Shown here one piece after another: positions 1-13,967 of a stretch of DNA of 64,000 nucleotides. Made by a program: the position numbers and the translations under genes. The notes beneath the pieces are model-generated. The model worked only from the letters and a program-made list of their open reading frames with translations. It searched no databases and had not been told where the DNA came from. Source of the DNA: Macrostomum lignano (taxonomy: Eukaryota); contig NIVC01000037.1 of NCBI GenBank assembly GCA_002269645.1, positions 558,001 to 622,000 on the forward strand, written 5' to 3'. Each line of letters begins with the position of its first letter. Within the stretch, counting starts at the first letter, position 1.

Positions 1-14
1 CTTCTGTGAAGGAT

Positions 15-275
15 AGTGAGATGAAGGGTAGAGATGCAGGGTGAGGGATAGTATGACAGTAGAAGATGAAGATTAGATATGTAGAGTGAGAGATAGCATG
101 AGAGTGGGAGATGAAGGGTAGAGATGTAGGGTGAGGGATAGCATGAGAGTGGAAGATGAAGGGTAGAGATGCAGGGTGAGGGATAGCATGAGAGTGGAAG
201 CTGAAAGGTAGAGATGCAGGGTAGAGATGCAGGGTGAGGGATAGCATGAGAGTGGAAGATGAATATTAGATATGA
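15..275. repeat. ~45-bp purine-rich degenerate tandem repeat
   Basis: gagatgaagggtagagatgcagggtgagggatagcatgagagtg, about 5 copies. Confidence 0.75.
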
Positions 276-2102
276 AAAATTATGAATTATGAAAAAAATT
301 AGAAAGTTAGTTTCTGTAAAATGATTGACTGAAATGCAGCAGTTTAACTTGCGCAATTAATTATTTATAAAATATCGCTATTCATACTAAGCCTGGCTAA
401 GATAAAGAATACGCTCGTAGAAACAGTTATAAAGCTTCTTAGAGTTGCAAAATCATAATAACTTTAGGAAAAGAAGAGAGAAATGGCTACACAGGGACCT
501 GTGAGGGTCGGGTGGAGACGGAAAGCAACAGGTGCCTCTCTCTCTGAACTGACTCGGGCGGGTGGCCAGACACAGCGAACTATCTATCTATTAGTTAGAG
601 GCCAGAGGTGAAGCGAGACGGACCGTTACAGATAAGAAGGAACCAAAAACCGAAAAAGAAAAACTGGAAAGAATTTCGGCATAAACAATGGGACAGGCAG
701 TGATGGACCGGCATTTGGGGGGGGGGTAGATGAAGCGGTCAGAATCCGTCTCTCGGATGCCATGCAGGATTTCCAGAGGAGACCGCACAGGGGTATCTCC
801 TGCTCTCTCCTGAGAGGGTGTCTGTTTCTCTTTCTGTCCGTCTTTATCTGCATTCCAGCGCCGGACTGGTTACGTAAGAAGTCGAAGAAGTGGACAGTTT
901 TTAGACAGTTTTCATTATCTGATCTTCCTCAACTCCCCACGCCGCAACCCGGCCGTAAGCTGAGAGTCAAAGCTGCCCCCCCAGACAGAAATTCAGTTGA
1001 AGTTTCTCATGCTCGAACATTTATTTAATTAATTTTATTGAGTCAATTTCTGTTGGCATCATTCAATGCAGAAGTATAGTTTGGCTGCCGTAGCATCAGC
1101 ATGAGTCACTCTCGACAATGAGGCCAAGAGACAGCCAGCCACCGCCGCCACCATCACCCTGGGTCTCCCAGCCTCCCCAGCAGCAAGCGTTCATTGAGGA
1201 AACTGCAAGCAGGAAAGTGTTGAAACACGCATCATCATCACCCACTGTCCCATAACTGCATGAGCACCCTCAGCTACCTTCTCTTGTCTCGCCTCAAGCC
1301 AAGCGTGTACAAACAAATGTATAGAAGCGACACAACCTGTCAGTCATTTTGGAGTAATGTCTCAAACTCGAACTTTGTGAGTCATTTTTCAGTTAGCTGG
1401 GGCTTTAAAAGTTCAGCTAGGGGGGGGGGGGGTGGCTTTAGAACTTTATATTTAAGACAGTGAGGGTTTCGGTTGTTGAGTCAGATCGGGACCAGCTGAC
1501 AAGTTAGCAACTGTCAGCGAATGAGTCAGCGCTGGCTGATATTGTCAACAGTAGCTCTAATGCACAGTTATAGAATTAAGGATTAACCGCTTACCGCTTT
1601 CAACTGAATGAGCTGCAGGCACCGCAATGGATAACAGCAAACCGAAGAATGAAATCATATTTATGTAGCTATTCATTTTCTGTATCGAATAGGAAAAGTT
1701 TAGGCCCTTATGTGATTAGTTACTAATAATAATAAGCATAGAGCGAGGTCTTTGCAACTAGAGTGCCCACATCTGCCTGTACATGCTGGCTGCTCATTCG
1801 ATGACTTCAATGGAGTAGAAAAAGTATGAGTAGGATTTAGAAATCGTTGTTGCAAGAGAGCTAACTGTCTGGCAGGCGAGGGCTGAGGCTAGGGAGCTGG
1901 GGGGTAAGTACTGGCTACTATTAAATACAATGCTCACTGTGCTCTGTCGGACACACTAGTTGGATAGGACGCAGCCCATAGGCATTTCATTGGCTGCTTG
2001 GGTTGGCCAATGACAGGCCGGGACTGAGACCGGGGATTCTTAGGTTGCCTGCTATCGATAAGGTTGATATGTGGAGAGTCAGACATGTAAGAGTCAGGGC
2101 GA

Positions 2103-2794
2103 CATTGTAAAAGTCATAGATATGGTGAGAGTCATAGAGACATGGTCAGAGTCATAGACATGGTGAGAGTCATAGAGACATGGTCAGAGTCATAGATATG
2201 GTCAGAGTCATAGACATGGTGAGAGTCATAGAGACATAGTCAGAGTCATACTCGTAGAGACATGGTCAGAGTCATAGATATGGTCAGAGTCATAGAGACA
2301 TGGTGACAGTCATAGACATGGTGAGAATCATAGAAATGGTGAGAGTCATAGAGACATGATCAGAGTCATAGACATGGTGAGAGTCATAGACATGGTGAGA
2401 GTCATATAGACATGGTGACAGTCAGACATAGTGAGAGTCATAGACATGGTGAGAGTCATATAGACATAGTGAGAGTCATAGACATGGTGAGAGTCATATA
2501 GACATAGTGAGAGTCATAGACATGGTGAGAGTCATAGAGACATGGTCAGAGTCATAAACATAGTCAGAGTCATAGAGACATGGTCAGAGTCATAGACATG
2601 GTGAGAGTCATAGACATGGTGAGAGTCATATAGACATAGTGAGAGTCATAGACATGGTGAGAGTCATAGAGACATGGTCAGAGTCATAAACATAGTCAGA
2701 GTCATAGAGACATGGTCAGAGTCATAGACATGGTGAGAGTCATAGAAATGGTGAGAGCCATAGAGACATCGTGAGAGTTATAGAGACATGGTGA
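2103..2794. repeat. 18/20-bp minisatellite GAGAGTCATA(GA)GACATGGT
   Basis: Direct tandem copies; same family as 7918-8295. Confidence 0.95.
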
Positions 2795-3749
2795 GGAGTC
2801 CAAAGTCCTGCAGTCAGCTGTTGATCAGGCAGCAACAGAGGGGAGGCCAAAATCTCAACGGGAATTCAAGCCGACCCCCCAGCCACTTGTTATTCGGCGG
2901 GCAGCAATCCAATGACCCAAGATGCTTTCATGTTTTCTCTGCTTGTAAAGCAGGCAGATTTCCAGACGGAGATTCAGCCGAAATTGAAGCGGACAGGGCA
3001 CTGAAAGCCACTGCTGGGGGGGGGGGCTCGGAGCATTTTTAAGGAGCTTGGCAACTGTCCAGAAAGCTTCAATAAGCCAGGTAAGAGATGATGAAGGCGG
3101 GCTTACAGGTAAAGCCGAGCTGCTGACAGCAGCAGATGCTGTTGGGGCTTCTTTTGGCTTTCCAAATATTCCCATTTCTGCCAATATAGAAGCCAATGGA
3201 ACCGGATTATTGCCTTTAATCCGTCTGAAATCGCGCTTTTAATTCCCCACTATAATCGTAAACTTATACCGGATACGGTATTGTTTGACTACCTGTCAAA
3301 ATCGTTTTTTTTCATGATGCAATGCAGCTGGGGGCAATGACTAGGCGTAATTAAGAGGCTCTTCATATAAGATAGGGAGAATTGGGGGAAGACTGCACGG
3401 GATGAGGCATTGTCGGCCTGACAGCTCCCGGATCCTCTATAAGAACTATAAGTGGGGGGTACACAGCAATGTGTACACATTAGTTTATGCGACTGAGCAC
3501 ACATGCGTTTGTATAGGCCAACTCGGAGCCTCAGTGGGGTTCGATCTCGGGTCCTTCCCAACTCCCCAGTCTGTGTTTACTCACTCAGGCTCCGGTTCTG
3601 GGCTGTCATGGACTGCTGCATACTGAATCTGGACTGCAAACCTTGCTTGTTCAACTTTATTTTCTTCAAAGCTCTCTCGGCTCTATCAAATTCAGGGGGG
3701 TGCAGCGGGGAAGTCCAATAGGAGAAAGACGTCTTGATTCAGATAAAAT

Positions 3750-4092
3750 ATCCAGCTTATGGCTGCTGGCCAGATCAGAGAGGAAAGCTGAGGGAATAGA
3801 AAGAGAGAGAAGAGAGGAGAGAGGAGAGAGAAGAGAAGAGAGAAGAGAGGAGAGAGGAGAGAGAGAGAGAGAAGAGAGAAGAGAGAAGAGAGAAGAGAGA
3901 AGAGAGAAGAGAGAAGAGAGAAGAGAGAAGAGAGAAGAGAGAAGAGAGAAGAGAGAAGAGAGAAGAGAGAAGAGAGAAGAGAGCTGAGAAGAGACACAAG
4001 CCAAGAGTGATCCGGGTTGCTATTGTGAAGTTTCAAAGGACCCGAGGGCCGGATACAGAGGCTTCACAGGGCCGGAGTTTGACAATCCCTTC
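3750..4092. mobile_element. Partial copy of the 30810-32147 hAT element with expanded (GAAGAGA)n
   Basis: gagctgagaagagaca...ttgctattgtgaagtttcaaagg...ggatacagaggcttc...gggccggagtttgacaatccct matches 30985-31075 and 32125-32147. Confidence 0.65.
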
Positions 4093-4669
4093 AATCGATG
4101 ACGAAAAAAAGATGGCTCAAAATTTTTTGTCTGCTTTCAATTGAAAACAACAATTTAATAGAAATTAAAGGGAAAATGCGAGCCCCCCAGAGCAGTCCCA
4201 ATGCGGGCCAACTCAAATGAGAGAACTCAGCCACCAAAGCAGAATGCGCGGGAATAATGGATTGAACGACGCGGAAGCAAAACTATGTCCATTGCGCCGT
4301 GTCCCAGTGCGTGCCAGTGGGCTTCGAATCCACAGAAATTGGGACTCATTCGTGTAGAAAGATAAGCCAACTGCGGGCAGCGGAGCTCGCATGAGATCAA
4401 GGGAAGAATAGGGATTTTTAGCTTTTCTGACAGCTGCGGGCCGCCCCCTGCTCAAACCCTCCTGTGTATTTCTTTCTTTTCAAACTTGATACCGATCAGA
4501 TGATGGCGGCGAAATCTTTTTTGGCCTGCTCGGTTCTCGGACCTGCTTAGAGCCAGAAACCTGTCAGTATGATTTCTATATTGAAGTCCTCCGTGACTTC
4601 CTGGCCACCGAAATCTGATATCCGCGCCGCTCGACTGCCCGACTCCAAATATCCAGGTCCACCAGCGGC

Positions 4670-5335
4670 TCCTTCTCAGTCTCTGCCCTCTCTCCGTCTC
4701 TGTCCTCTTTCGGTCTCTGACCTATCCCGGTCTCTGCCCTCTCGCAGTCTCTGCCCTCTCTCTCAGTCTCTGCCCTCTCTCTCAGTCTCTGTTCTCTCTC
4801 AGTCTCTGCCCTCTCTCTCAGTCTCTGCCCTCTCGCAGTCTCTGCCCTCTCTCTCTCAGTCTCTGTCTTCTCTCAGTCCCCACCCTCTCTCAGTCTCTGC
4901 CCTCTCTCAATCTCTGTCCTCTCTCAGTCTCTACCCTCTCCCGGTCTCTGCCCTCTCTCAGTCTCTGTCCTCTCTCAGTCCCCGCCCTCTCTCAGTCTCT
5001 GTCCTCTCTCAGTCTCTGTCCTCTCTCAGTCTCTACCCTCTCTCTCAGTCTCTGCCCTCTCTCTCAGTCTTTGTCCTCTCTCAGTCTCTGTCCTCTCTCA
5101 GTCTCTGTCCTCTCTCAGTCTACCCTCTCTCTCAGTCTCTGTTCTCTCTCAGTCTCTGCCCTCTCTCTCAGTCTCTGTTCTCTCTCAGTCTCTGCCCTCT
5201 CTCTCAGTCTCTGCCCTCTCTCTCAGTCTCTGTTCTCTCTCAGTCTCTGCCCTCTCTCTCAGTCTTTGTCCTCTCTCAGTCCCCGCCCTCTCTCAGTCTT
5301 GTTCTCTCAGTCTCCGTCCTCTCTCAGTCTCTGAG
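4670..5335. repeat. CT-rich minisatellite (ctctcagtctctgccct variants)
   Basis: Source of the SQSLPSL ORFs. Confidence 0.9.
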
Positions 5336-6643
5336 AAAAAAAGCTATACATTGCTGCTGGTACATCTTACACAACCAATGCTTTGTATAAGCAAAATGCA
5401 CTTAGCAACCAGATCTTGTATAAAAATGTACTCATAATTGAAGGCAGTAAAGCAAGCCTCTCACAGACAAAAATAGTTTTAAATAGAAACCAAACACAAT
5501 TCGCCACGCCTTCCCAGACAGATTTTATAGTCTATTATTGGTGTCTATCTATTATCGCCTCTACAGCAGCGAGCACAGTGTAAAGTAAGTGGCCCCATTC
5601 GCTTTCACTCGAGTGAAGTCCCCAGAGACCTCACGGGCCACAATAGCGCCTCGCTCTATGAACTGGCGAGAAAGGAAGCCAATTATCGCTGAGCCCAGAA
5701 GGGCTTAAGAGAGGGTTACAGTTTTGCTTCTCGCAGCTGAACTCAACTCTTGCAGTCCACAGTCAGCTCTCTTCTCACCTGACCGGACTTCAGGCATGGA
5801 CAAATACCAGCTGCAGGAGTGACTGACAGGTAAGAAGCCCCGACCTGCCCTACCCCCCTCTCAGCCCCAGCAGCAGCTCAAATCGATGAAGCTACTGCAT
5901 AACGGGCAGCGGTGCGAGACCCGGGTCGGTCAAATCTGTGAAGCAATAGATGCGTTCTCAGCTTTTTACAAAACTGTGTGAGCAGTAATTTCTGCTTCTG
6001 GCTCTCTGCGCGATGCCATGCAGTCGCAGAACAAAGAGCTGCAGACACGGATCTGCGGAGTTGGACTCGTTTTTCGCGGTTTTGACTTCAGCTATTCTGC
6101 TGCCGAGTCCCCCTTTCTTCTCCCGACTTCACTCTATCGTGCTCTCACCTCCGCCCACCCACCCTTCAACTTTTTACTGCTGCTCGTTATCGTGAAGTGG
6201 AGGGAGAGAGAGAGAGGGAGTGAAACCGCTTTCCGCTTGGATCCTCGTGATCATTCTCCCCCAAAAAAGCCGGAATCCCCATTGGGATTTCAATTCGGCC
6301 GGGAGCTGGTTGGGAGGGAAGCTGGGCCCGACCCTCCATCCCTACTCCGCCTTCCTCACTCTCCGACCCCCCTTAATCTCCTCAGCCCTGTGACTCATTC
6401 ACTCCCTAGCGCTAGGGCAATTCTTTACATTGGAGACCCCGCCACCTCATCGCGTATTCTCCCCGATCGGACGAGTAAAGTTACCTTCGTTCTGCCGGTT
6501 TCTTCGAAATCTTTATCGGCTCCGCCGTCTCACCCAGAATGGCTAATTGCGCCGTCAGCTCAGTATTGGTCTGCGATTTGATCAGCCCAGCTGCCACAGT
6601 ATCCAGACAGCCTTCTGCCTGCAACCTTTAAGCGTTTAATCTC

Positions 6644-6743
<100 letters not shown>

Positions 6744-7244
6744 TTTTTCAATTCAATTTTTGGCGTCTTCACAAGCTGCAACTTTTGCCTGTTTTGCATA
6801 ATTTTCTAATCCCCTCCCTTGCCTAAATTTTTCTAAAGTCTGCTGTTTTTAGTAGAAAATTTCTGTGGGGAAATATGACTTCCACACTAAAGCAACGAAT
6901 AGCCGGCAAAAAAGAGTAAAAAACTCGCTTTTTTGCCTTGCTTGCTGTCTTCTAAAAGAACTTCCATAAATCCTATTTGACTGTTTTAGTACGCTAAGGG
7001 AATTGGCATTGGTGGTATTGATTTCTGCTCCCGAGCTGAAGAAGATTCTGGCTGGTCTGTTCGAGAGTGCAAAATTGTCTTTTCTGACTAATTTATGAAA
7101 TGTTTCGCCTAAAATGCTAGGGTAGAATTATGGGGATTAAGATTCTGATAAGAGAGTTTCTGAAGGGTGGGATGTCTGAAGCCAGACATTCCATGAGAGT
7201 GAGAATTCTAAGAGGAGTGAGATTCTAATGTGGCTGTAAGGGTA

Positions 7245-7529
7245 GAGATTCCCTGGGGAGAGATTCCCTGGGGAGAGATTCCCTGGGGAGAGATTCCCTG
7301 GGGAGAGATTCCCTGGGGAGAGATTCCCTGGGGAGAGATTCCCTGGGGAGAGATTCCCTGGGGAGAGATTCCCTGGGGAGAGATTCCCTGGGGAGAGATT
7401 CCCTGGGGAGAGATTCCCTGGGGAGAGATTCCCTGGGGAGAGATTCCCTGGGGAGAGATTCCCTGGGGAGAGATTCCCTGGGGAGAGATTCCCTGGGGAG
7501 AGATTCCCTGGGGAGAGATTCCCTGGGGA
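7245..7529. repeat. 15-bp perfect minisatellite GAGATTCCCTGGGGA x19
   Basis: 19 identical units inside degenerate gagattct flanks (7130-7685). Confidence 0.98.
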
Positions 7530-7917
7530 GAGATTCTTAGGTGACAGAATCTAGGGGAGAGATTCTCAGGAAGAGCTTCTCAGGCGAAAGATTTTCAGGG
7601 AAGAGATTCTCAGGAAAGAGATTTTCAGTGGACAGATTCTCAAAGGACAGATTCTCAAGGGAGAGATTGTCAGGAGATTTCAATGCCGACAACAGGATCA
7701 CGTGAAAGCTTGTAAGAACGAGTTCGTAGCTTTCAGCCTCTACTGTGACGCCCGTCTGTCTGCGCCAGGTTTTACTGGTACCTTTCTACGGTAATTGAAT
7801 AATTGCTTTAATTGCGGGGCCTCTTACCGGGCCGGAAAATCGGGTTGCAAAACTGAAGTTTTTTAGTTGCCTTTTCTATATGCGCGCGTGTCAATTATGC
7901 AGACTTCCTGCCGCTTC

Positions 7918-8295
7918 AGAGACATGGTGAGAGTCATAGACATGGTGAGAGTCATAGACATGGTGAGAGTCATAGACATGATGAGAGTCATAGACATGGT
8001 GAGAGTCATAGACATTTTGAAAGTCATAGACATGGTGAGAGCCACAGACATGGTGAGAGCCACAGACATGGTGAGAGCCACAGACATGGTGAGAGTCATA
8101 GACATGGTGAGAGTCATAGACATGGTGACAGTCATAGACATGGTGATGAGAGTCATAGAAATGGTGGGAGTCATATACATGGTGAGAGTCATAGACATGG
8201 TGAGAGTCATAGAAATGGTGAGAGTCATAGACATGGTGAGAGTCATAGACATGGTGAGAGCCATAGAGACATGGTGAGAGTCATGGTGAGAGTCA
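7918..8295. repeat. 18-bp minisatellite GAGAGTCATAGACATGGT
   Basis: Same unit as 2103-2794. Confidence 0.95.
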
Positions 8296-9029
8296 GACAC
8301 AAGGTCTGAAAGCAAGACCGGGCCGGAAAGTCAGGTGATGAATCTGAAGTTTTGCTTTCTGCTTCAACTAAAGCGACTTCCAGCGTTGTGCGTCAATTAT
8401 GCAGACTTCCTGCTGCTGTCAGAGGGAGTTCGGGCGCGGGGGGGGGCCTGACAACCCAGTCAAACACACAGCCATGCACACAGTCAAACAAAGACCAGAA
8501 GGAAGACGAGTCATTGGGGAGATGGAGGGGATTAAATTAAATTCGCATAGCGCTTCCTGCAGTCTTGACTTTCTCTCCAGAGAAAGGGAGGGGGTTGTTA
8601 AGCCTGGCTGCTGGGATGGCGGTGGGCAAACACGAGCCCATTATCATCATCATCATCATCATAGAGCCCCCAGATGGACCTCCAGTTGATGACGTCACAC
8701 TGGGCGGGCCGGCCTACCAGTTTAGATATTGGGACGCGCCGCCACCCCCGCTGAGGGTCAGGCGGGTGGATTATGCAACTCACCAGTTGGCAGGGCCAAG
8801 CTTTTTAGGGCTTTTGGAGGCTCACTTTCTTAAGTAGCCGTTTGGAGGGCCAGCTTCAAAGGGCGCACCGCGTGGCGTCTTTGTTGCAGCTGGACAAAGA
8901 CAATTATAGAAAATCTCTGTGCTAGCAGAGCAGTTCAATATCCTCGATCTTACGCGCTTGTAAAACTTTAAAATATACAAGCTATTCCATGACAGCCTGA
9001 TTCTTAAAATCCAAATGAGATGATTTGAG

Positions 9030-9200
9030 GCACTGATTTTGGCGCCCTTCTTAGCACTGATTTTGGCGCCCTTCTGACACTGATTTTGGCGCCAATCTTA
9101 GCACTGATTTTGGCGCCAATCTTACGCTCGTAGCACTGATTTTGGCGCCAATCTTAACACTGACTTTGGCGCCAATCTTAGTCCTGATTTTGGCGCTCCT
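9030..9200. repeat. ~24-bp tandem repeat gcactgattttggcgccaatctta
   Basis: About 6 degenerate copies. Confidence 0.85.
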
Positions 9201-9837
9201 AAGAAAACTGTGAAGTTTGGTAATTAATCCTGTTACCTGTTACTGTCACAAACAATTTGACAAGAACAGGCATGACTTATTGAACTGAGTTCTTTGTTTT
9301 AATTTCTACTGTAGTCAGTTCAGTGCTTTCAAAAAACTGAAGCAGTGGAAGTAATTTTGCTCCAATTGCATTTGTCTCACCAAAAAATATACACACTCCA
9401 CTGCAGCTACTCGCCTAACAAAGGAAACTTACTCTCCATGGTACGTGCACTGACTAAGACAGAAGATTTGCATGCCTCAGTGATATACAAATCGGTCCCG
9501 ATACCGCACCATGTGGCCTTTATCCCACCAGAGACTGACAGCTCCACGGAGTCTTTCTTAGGGGCAAGAATTGCGCGCTCGATTTGATTCAGCTTGAAAA
9601 TACTGCGACTCCGGTCTGGCTGCAGAAACAAATTGTAACCAGCTCCACTGCAGCTGGCGCCATTTATCTGACTGTGTAGCTGAGAACAGCAAATTTGTCT
9701 TCATTCTGTAATTTAACTTACTAGGTAGGTATAGAGAAAAAAGTTTCTACTGGCTACTTGGACGACTAAACAAGTAGTATGTTGAAGATGTTTGCTTTTA
9801 TCTATCAATGAAGCTTATACAACGTGGATGTGAACTG

Positions 9838-9990
9838 AAGAGTCAAAATGGAGCCCGAAGCATTCGGTCCCGATTTCTCTAAGCCATACCAACATATAAA
9901 ATCTCGTCATTCAAGCATTTGAAGCTCCAAATGAAGGGGATTGGCGTAGAGAAACCGGGACCCAATGCTTTAGGCTCCAGTTTGACTCTT
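9838..9990. mobile_element. Foldback MITE-like inverted repeat
   Basis: ~53-bp imperfect arms aagagtcaaaatggagcccgaagcattcggtcccgatttctct / agagaaaccgggacccaatgctttaggctccagtttgactctt. Confidence 0.6.
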
Positions 9991-10021
9991 AAATTCAACA
10001 TTCTCTGTTCAAAGACCTGAT

Positions 10022-10607
10022 CCTGTGTGGCGCCCTCAGTGTGGCGCCACCTGTGCTGCGCCCTCAGTGTGCCGCACTCAGTGTGGCGCCACCTGTGCTG
10101 CGCCCTCAGTGTGGCGCCACCTGTGCTGCGCCCTCAGTGTGGCGCCACCTGTGCTGCGCCCTCAGTGTGGCGCCACCTGTGCTGCGCCCTCAGTGTGGCG
10201 CCACCTGTGCTGCGCCCTCAGTGTGGCGCCACCTGTGCTGCGCCCTCAGTGTGGCGCCACCTGTGCTGCGCCCTCAGTGTGGCGCCACCTGTGCTGCGCC
10301 CTCAGTGTGGCGCCACCTGTGCTGCGCCCTCAGTGTGGCGCCACCTGTGCTGCGCCCTCAGTGTGGCGCCACCTGTGCTGCGCTCTCAGTGTGGCGCCCT
10401 TAGTGTGCCGCACTCAGTGTGGCGCCACCTGTGCTGCGCCCTCAGTGTGGCGCCACCTGTGCTGCGCCCTCAGTGTGGCGCCACCTGTGCTGCGCCCTCA
10501 GTGTGGCGCCACCTGTGCTGCGCTCTCAGTGTGGCGCCACCTGTGCTGCGCTCTCAGTGTGGCGCCACCTGTGCTGCGCCCTCAGTGTGGCGCCACCTGT
10601 GCTGCGC
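10022..10607. repeat. 28-bp minisatellite CCTCAGTGTGGCGCCACCTGTGCTGCGC
   Basis: About 21 near-identical copies. Confidence 0.97.
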
Positions 10608-11904
10608 CGTCAGCTGGTGCTCCCAGTGAGGCGCCCAAAAAATTAACCCCACGCCGAAGAAGTAGCGGAACTTTTCTTAGAAACGACTCGAAAGAGAACG
10701 AGAGCAAAGGAAATACAGAGAAAGATCTTTCAGGGAAATCGGGAACTCAGAAATCTGACAAGGCAAGCTGGAAGAGACGCCAGGCAGAGATGGCTGAGGC
10801 CCGATAAACTCAATCCGAGGGGCTCAAGCCAGAATTTCTCCAAGGCGGCCCTGCAGCCGACCGCTGCTGCTCCCAGAAGAATTCTCTACAGAAAGAAGAA
10901 AACTGGAGTTAAAAAGCAGAAGAAAGATGAGTCACGGAAATCCCGGATGAGGCCAGGAGCTCCAGCAGATCCGTTGAAACTGCTTTTTTGGAGCAAGACG
11001 AACGAAACAAAAAAAGAATTTGGCCACCTTGTCAGGTCAGCCGGGCTATCAACTCCTTGGTACACGAGGCTGGGGAAACAGACTGGACAACTTTTTGCTG
11101 GCAGAAAAAAACCCCCTCTAGAAGAGATGAAAAAACTGGTTAAGGTTGGGGGGAGAAGGTTAGGAAGAGAGAAGTGAAACACAGGACCCCTCAGAGCCGG
11201 GAGGGGGGCCAGGTGGGAATTAAAAGTTACAGCCGGGAAGCAGCAGAAAGCGCCTCCTAGAAGCAGTCAAGTGTCGGGGTGTGAATTTCCTGCAGACATT
11301 CAGGTGACGGCCGCAGAGGTTTAAACCTCTCCCTTCTCAATTCTCCTGCAAGCGGCTTCGATTTTCCTGCCGCGACAACTTTTTGTCTTGCCGCCACTTT
11401 TTGTTTCTTCACTTTGCTGCTGCTGCTGCTGCTGCTAAGAAGCAGGAGAAGCCGAGGGCCTTTCCCAGCGGGCGTGCTGAGCTGCCTCAATTCTCTTCTC
11501 CCCCCCCCCTACCAACTCCCTTTTACTTTTCTCAAGCAGCCTCTTCACGGCACTGCAGCCCCGCGGCCGCAGTCAAAAACGAAATGAAATATTTGTGACA
11601 GTGTCTGGTGCGCCTCGTCAGGTGTTGATGAAGCATGCAGCCTCGTCTCTTTTTCTCCTGTTAAAATTTTAAACCTCATCGTCATGTAGCCCCGCGGGGT
11701 GGTGAAACTGAGAGCCTGGGGCAGCCTGTGGAGTCTGGAGGCTTTTGGCTCAGGCTGTCAAAAAGCTGATCCATTCCTCATAGCAGCTTGCACCTCAAAT
11801 TTTATTCTCAACCGTCTTTCAGAGAATTAGAAATGCAAGGTAATTAAAAAAATCCGCGAATTTGATTACTTGAGGAATGTGATCGAAAACTTGAAAAATG
11901 TGGA

Positions 11905-13110
11905 TACCTGGGGAATGTGAACACTTGGGAATGTGAACACTTGGGAATGCGAATACTTGGGGAATGTGAACACTTGGGAATGTGAACACTTGGGAATGTG
12001 AACACTTGGGAATGTGAACACTTGGGAATGCGAACACTTGGGAATGCGAACACTTGGGAATGTGAACACTTGGGAATGTGAACACTTGGGGAATGTGAAA
12101 ACTTGAGGAATGCGAACACTTGGGAATGTGAACACTTGGGAATGTGAACACTTGGGAATGTGAACACTTGGGGAATGTGAACACTTGGGAATGCGAACAC
12201 TTGGGAATGCGAACACTTGGGAATGTGAACACTTGGGAATGTGAACACTTGGGGAATGTGAAAACTTGAGGAATGCGAACACTTGGGAATGTGAACACTT
12301 GGGAATGTGAAAACTTGGGGAATGTAAACACTTGGGAATGCGAACACTTGGGAATGTGAACACTTGGGAATGTGAACACTTGGGGAATGTGAAAACTTGA
12401 GGAATGCGAACACTTGGGAATGTGAACACTTGGGAATGTGAAAACTTGGGGAATGTAAACACTTGGGAATGTGAAAATTTGGGGAATGTGAACACTTGGG
12501 AATGCGAACACTTGAGGAATGTGAACACTTGAGGAATGTGAACACTTGGGGAGTGTAAACACTTGGGAATGTGAAAATTTGGGGAATGTGAACACTTGGG
12601 AATGTGAACACTTAGGAATGTGAAAACTTGGGAATGTGAACACTTGGGAATGTGAACACTTAGGAATGCGAATACTTCGGGAATGTGAACACTTGGGAAT
12701 GTGATAACTTGGGGAATGTGAACACTTGGGAATGCGAACACTTGAGAAATGTGAACACTTGAGGAATGTGAACACTTGGGAATGTGAACACTTGGGGAAT
12801 GTAAACACTTGGGAATGTGAACACTTGGGAATGTGAACACTTGGGAATGTGAACACTTGAGGAATGTGAACACTTGGGGAATGTGAACACTTGAGGAATG
12901 TGAACACTTGAGGAATGTGAACACTTGGGGAATGTGAACACTTGGGGAGTGTAAACACTTGGGAATGTGAAAATTTGGGGAATGTGAACACTTGGGAATG
13001 TGAACACTTAGGAATGTGAAAACTTGGGAATGTGAACACTTGGGAATGTGAACACTTAGGAATGCGAATACTTCGGGAATGTGAACACTTGGGAATGTGA
13101 TAACTTGGAA
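11905..13110. repeat. 16/17-bp minisatellite GGGAATGTGAACACTT
   Basis: Long array with internal block duplications. Confidence 0.97.
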
Positions 13111-13496
13111 ACGTGAACGTTTTGGGAATGTAAACAAACTTGTGAATTGGAAAATTTGGAGGTTTCAAATATTGTGGGAATGTAGGCTCAGTGAAAAGCC
13201 ATATTTAAATATTTAACCACAGTCAAACGCATTACTTAAATCAAAACCGATTATATTATCAATAACTAGCTGGGCCAGCGTCCATCAATCAAAACTGGCT
13301 GTCAACCGGATTATTTAGATATTAGTCAGTTAGTAAGTTGGGGCCACTGCCGAAAATCAAGGCGGCAGAAATCCTGAATTTAAGCTCATCCCCATCTCTG
13401 CAATTCTGTTTTTTTAAACGGGAGATTTCTCAAGGAACTTACTCCGTTCGAATGGTAGCATGTAGAAAAACGGATGCTATCGTTAGCGCGCATCGA

Positions 13497-13967
13497 ATAA
13501 GCGCGCAGATTTTGGTAGAGTAACCCATAAGCGCGCAGATTTTGATAGAGTCCCCCTTAAGCGCGCAGATTTTGGTAGAGTCCCCCTTAAGCGCGCAGAT
13601 TTTGATAGAGTCCCCCTTAAGCGCGCAGATTTTGGTAGAGTCCCCCTTAAGCGCGCAGATTTTGGTAGAGTCCCCCTTAAGCGCCCAGTTTTTGGTAGAG
13701 TCCCCCTTAAGCGCCCAGTTTTTGGTAGAGTCCCCCTTAAGCGCCCAGTTTTTGGTAGAGTCCCCCTTAAGCGCGCAGATTTTGGTAGAGTCCCCCTTAA
13801 GCGCGCAGATTTTGGTAGAGTCCCCCTTAAGCGCGCAGATTTTGGTAGAGTACCCCTTAAGCGCCCAGTTTTTGGTAGAGTCCCCTTTGAGCGCCCAGTT
13901 TTTGGTAGAGTCCCCTTTGAGCGCCCAGTTTTTGGTAGAGTCCCCCTTAAGCGCCCAGTTTTTGGTA
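13497..13967. repeat. 30-bp minisatellite AGCGCGCAGATTTTGGTAGAGTCCCCCTTA
   Basis: About 16 copies, bracketed by inverted taagcgcgca/tgcgcgctta. Confidence 0.97.

Noticed and set aside
7230-7544. (EIPWG)19 ORF resembling a repeat protein
   Set aside because: Perfect nucleotide identity with no synonymous variation, GTG start and no splice context; a minisatellite.
8783-8889. Minus-strand exon-like block (tttgtccag...CTG|gtgagt) as a continuation of the peptide gene
   Set aside because: Stops in all three frames when read to that donor; no supporting context.
10025-10807. Cys-rich 260-aa ORF
   Set aside because: 28-bp minisatellite read-through.
11819-13168. Long ORFs of 255-449 aa (PKCSHSQVFTF repeats)
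   Set aside because: Translations of a 16/17-bp minisatellite, open in all three minus frames; no coding signal.
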